64,000 bases of DNA. It comes from Squalus acanthias. Its lineage: Eukaryota. Position numbers and translations under genes: made by a program. The notes beneath the pieces are model-generated. The model was given only the letters and a program-made list of their open reading frames with translations. It searched no databases and was not told the origin of the DNA. Location of the stretch: positions 115,322,001-115,386,000 of the forward strand of contig CM059432.1 in NCBI GenBank assembly GCA_030390025.1, read 5' to 3'. Of this stretch, positions 62,096-64,000 are shown piece by piece (positions within the stretch are counted from its first letter, which is position 1; each line of letters begins with the position of its first letter).

Positions 62096-64000
62096 GGGCC
62101 GTGATTTTGCCACAGGAGACGGGTTGGAGTCGGGTTGGCTGGTGGGCAGGTTCTGGTCCCGCTGCCGGTTTCAGCCGCTCCCAAATAACAATTTTGATTT
62201 AACTGGGCTCATTAAGCCCGCTGTGCGGGCTACCCGGCCCAATCAGTGGGTGCAGGTCTGCTGCTCGCCTCTGCTGATGTCATCGATTCAGGTGGTTTTA
62301 AGGGGTCCATGGAGCCTTTGCTTTTCATTTCTTTTGGGCTGCTCCTGAAACCGGCCCACTGCAACATGACTGCTGAAAGATCTAAGGCTGCTCCTCGTTT
62401 TGATGACGACTCCCTCCATGCTCTTGTGGAGAGAGTAAGAGGGCGCAGGGATGTTCTGTTCCCTCCCGACGGCCAGCAGACAAAGGCAGCCTGGCTGCAA
62501 ATTGCTGAGGAGGTAAGCGCAAGGTCCTTGTGCTCACGCATCTGGGTGCAGTGCCGAAAAAGGTTCAATGATCTGCTACGCTCAGCAAAAGTGAGTATCA
62601 CATCACACTTACTTTCAATCTGCTTCCCATCTGTTCTCATCACCAGCACTCTGCATTGTCAGCCTACTCCTGCACATCCCAACTTACCCTTACATCCCTT
62701 GCACCCTTACCTATCCCTCTCTCTCTATGTACACAATCACTTCACCATCCTACTATGCACTCCTCACACTCGCTCTCACTGTTATGCAATGACAACAACT
62801 AACAACGCACAGGGAGACACCTTGGTTTTGGCACCTCACTCCATCTTTGTCTCCCTCTAAGCGTCTATATTATGGATTCTTCACACTCACTCCATCAATC
62901 TCACTGAAACTCCACTTGTGTCCCTCCTTGCAGGAAAAGAGAGCCCACAATAAGAGGGAGAGAGGGAGGACAGGAGGAGGTCCACCATCACTGGCCACTT
63001 TAACAAGCGCTGAGGAGGCTTCTCACGACATCGTCGGAGGTGCAGAGGAGCTAGAAGTGGGGGACGGAGAGACAGGCGCAGTAGAGCAAGCTGGTGACAG
63101 AATAGATTTGCAACCCTCTCATTTAGATTTCATGAGTGACTGATATGGCATCTGATGTTCATACAGACTGAGTTCTGATCATCTGCACAATAGGATGTTT
63201 CTGCTACCTAAATATCACATGTCTAACTCATGCCTTTACTCCCCCACAGGACCATCGAGAGCCCCCCTCCCCACTGTCCAGGAGGAAGAGCTGGGAGACT
63301 CCTCAGAGGAACCTGGAGCATCTGAGGGAGCAGCGTCAGCAGAAATCAGCACACCCAGCTCCAGCACAGAGACGCACACCTCGGTGGGTCCTTCGCGACA
63401 TAGTGTAGTGCTGTCACCTGGCGTATCACAGCTCACAAGTGAGCATCAGCAGATGGCGGAGACAGGGACAGCAGTGGAGACTCCTTGTCGGAAGTCGCAG
63501 GACTCTCCTAGCTCAGCTCAGCTGCATGTAGACGCTGTGCCTCTGGGGCCATCCAGAAAGAGAGCGGTGCTGGAACTTCAGGAACAAGTGCAGGAGTCTC
63601 TGACAAGGTTTGCATCCATGGTAACTGCGAGTGTGCAGAGAATGGAGGAGTCCATCTCAAACATGAGCAATGTCGTGGTGGACGCAATGGCGAATGAACG
63701 TGCCACCATGGAAAGGATGACAATCTCCATGGAGGACATAAATCGCCAGACTCAACAGAGCATGGTGACTCTTCGAAACAGATGGTCTGCTATGGAGGAT
63801 AGATGGGCACCTATTGAGGAGAGGCACCAGAGGTACGTGGACATCACTGTTATGAGGACTGTCAGTACAGAGATGGGTCCTCATGGCCCCACTGATGTGC
63901 AGCAAGGTGCTCTCCATCCACTTGCTAGCAGTGAAGTGCGGGTGACCCAAGAGAGGGATGTTGGTGGTCGACAACAAGGAAGTGTGGGTTCCTCTCCAAG
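62096..64000. mobile_element. PIF/Harbinger copy 6 (left part; runs off the window)
   Basis: Left end GGGCCGTGATTTTGCC; colinear with copy 3 in exons and introns. Confidence 0.85.
62366..64000 (+). CDS. Harbinger Myb/SANT-like protein, exons 62366-62590, 62934-63093, 63250->64000; open throughout
   Basis: MTAERSKAAPRFDDDSLHALV...AWLQIAEEV...WVQCRKRFNDL; canonical GT/AG sites; hand translation of exon 3 shows no stop up to the window end. Confidence 0.8.

Overview
Eukaryotic, repeat-dense DNA, most likely from a cartilaginous fish (inferred from tRNA-headed Deu-domain SINEs, abundant CR1 LINEs with (TTCTATG)n tails, and Penelope-type elements). No host protein-coding gene could be identified; there are only a few weak candidate exons on the minus strand. 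The window is dominated by PIF/Harbinger DNA transposons: six large copies, plus degraded and nested copies and several MITEs. Each large copy carries a Myb/SANT-like gene on + (three exons where intact) and, where the window covers it, a convergent DDE transposase on -. All of these copies have the same polarity, and two are nested inside other Harbinger copies. One copy (62096 to window end) has an uninterrupted spliced Myb/SANT reading frame. Three minimal hammerhead-ribozyme motifs lie in Penelope-type fragments, and two of them show a compensatory base change in stem I. Also present are an internally deleted, ORF1-bearing CR1 with tandem 5' monomers, other CR1, L2-like and RTE fragments, and many SINEs. 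Family assignments come from recognising motifs by eye; no database search was run.
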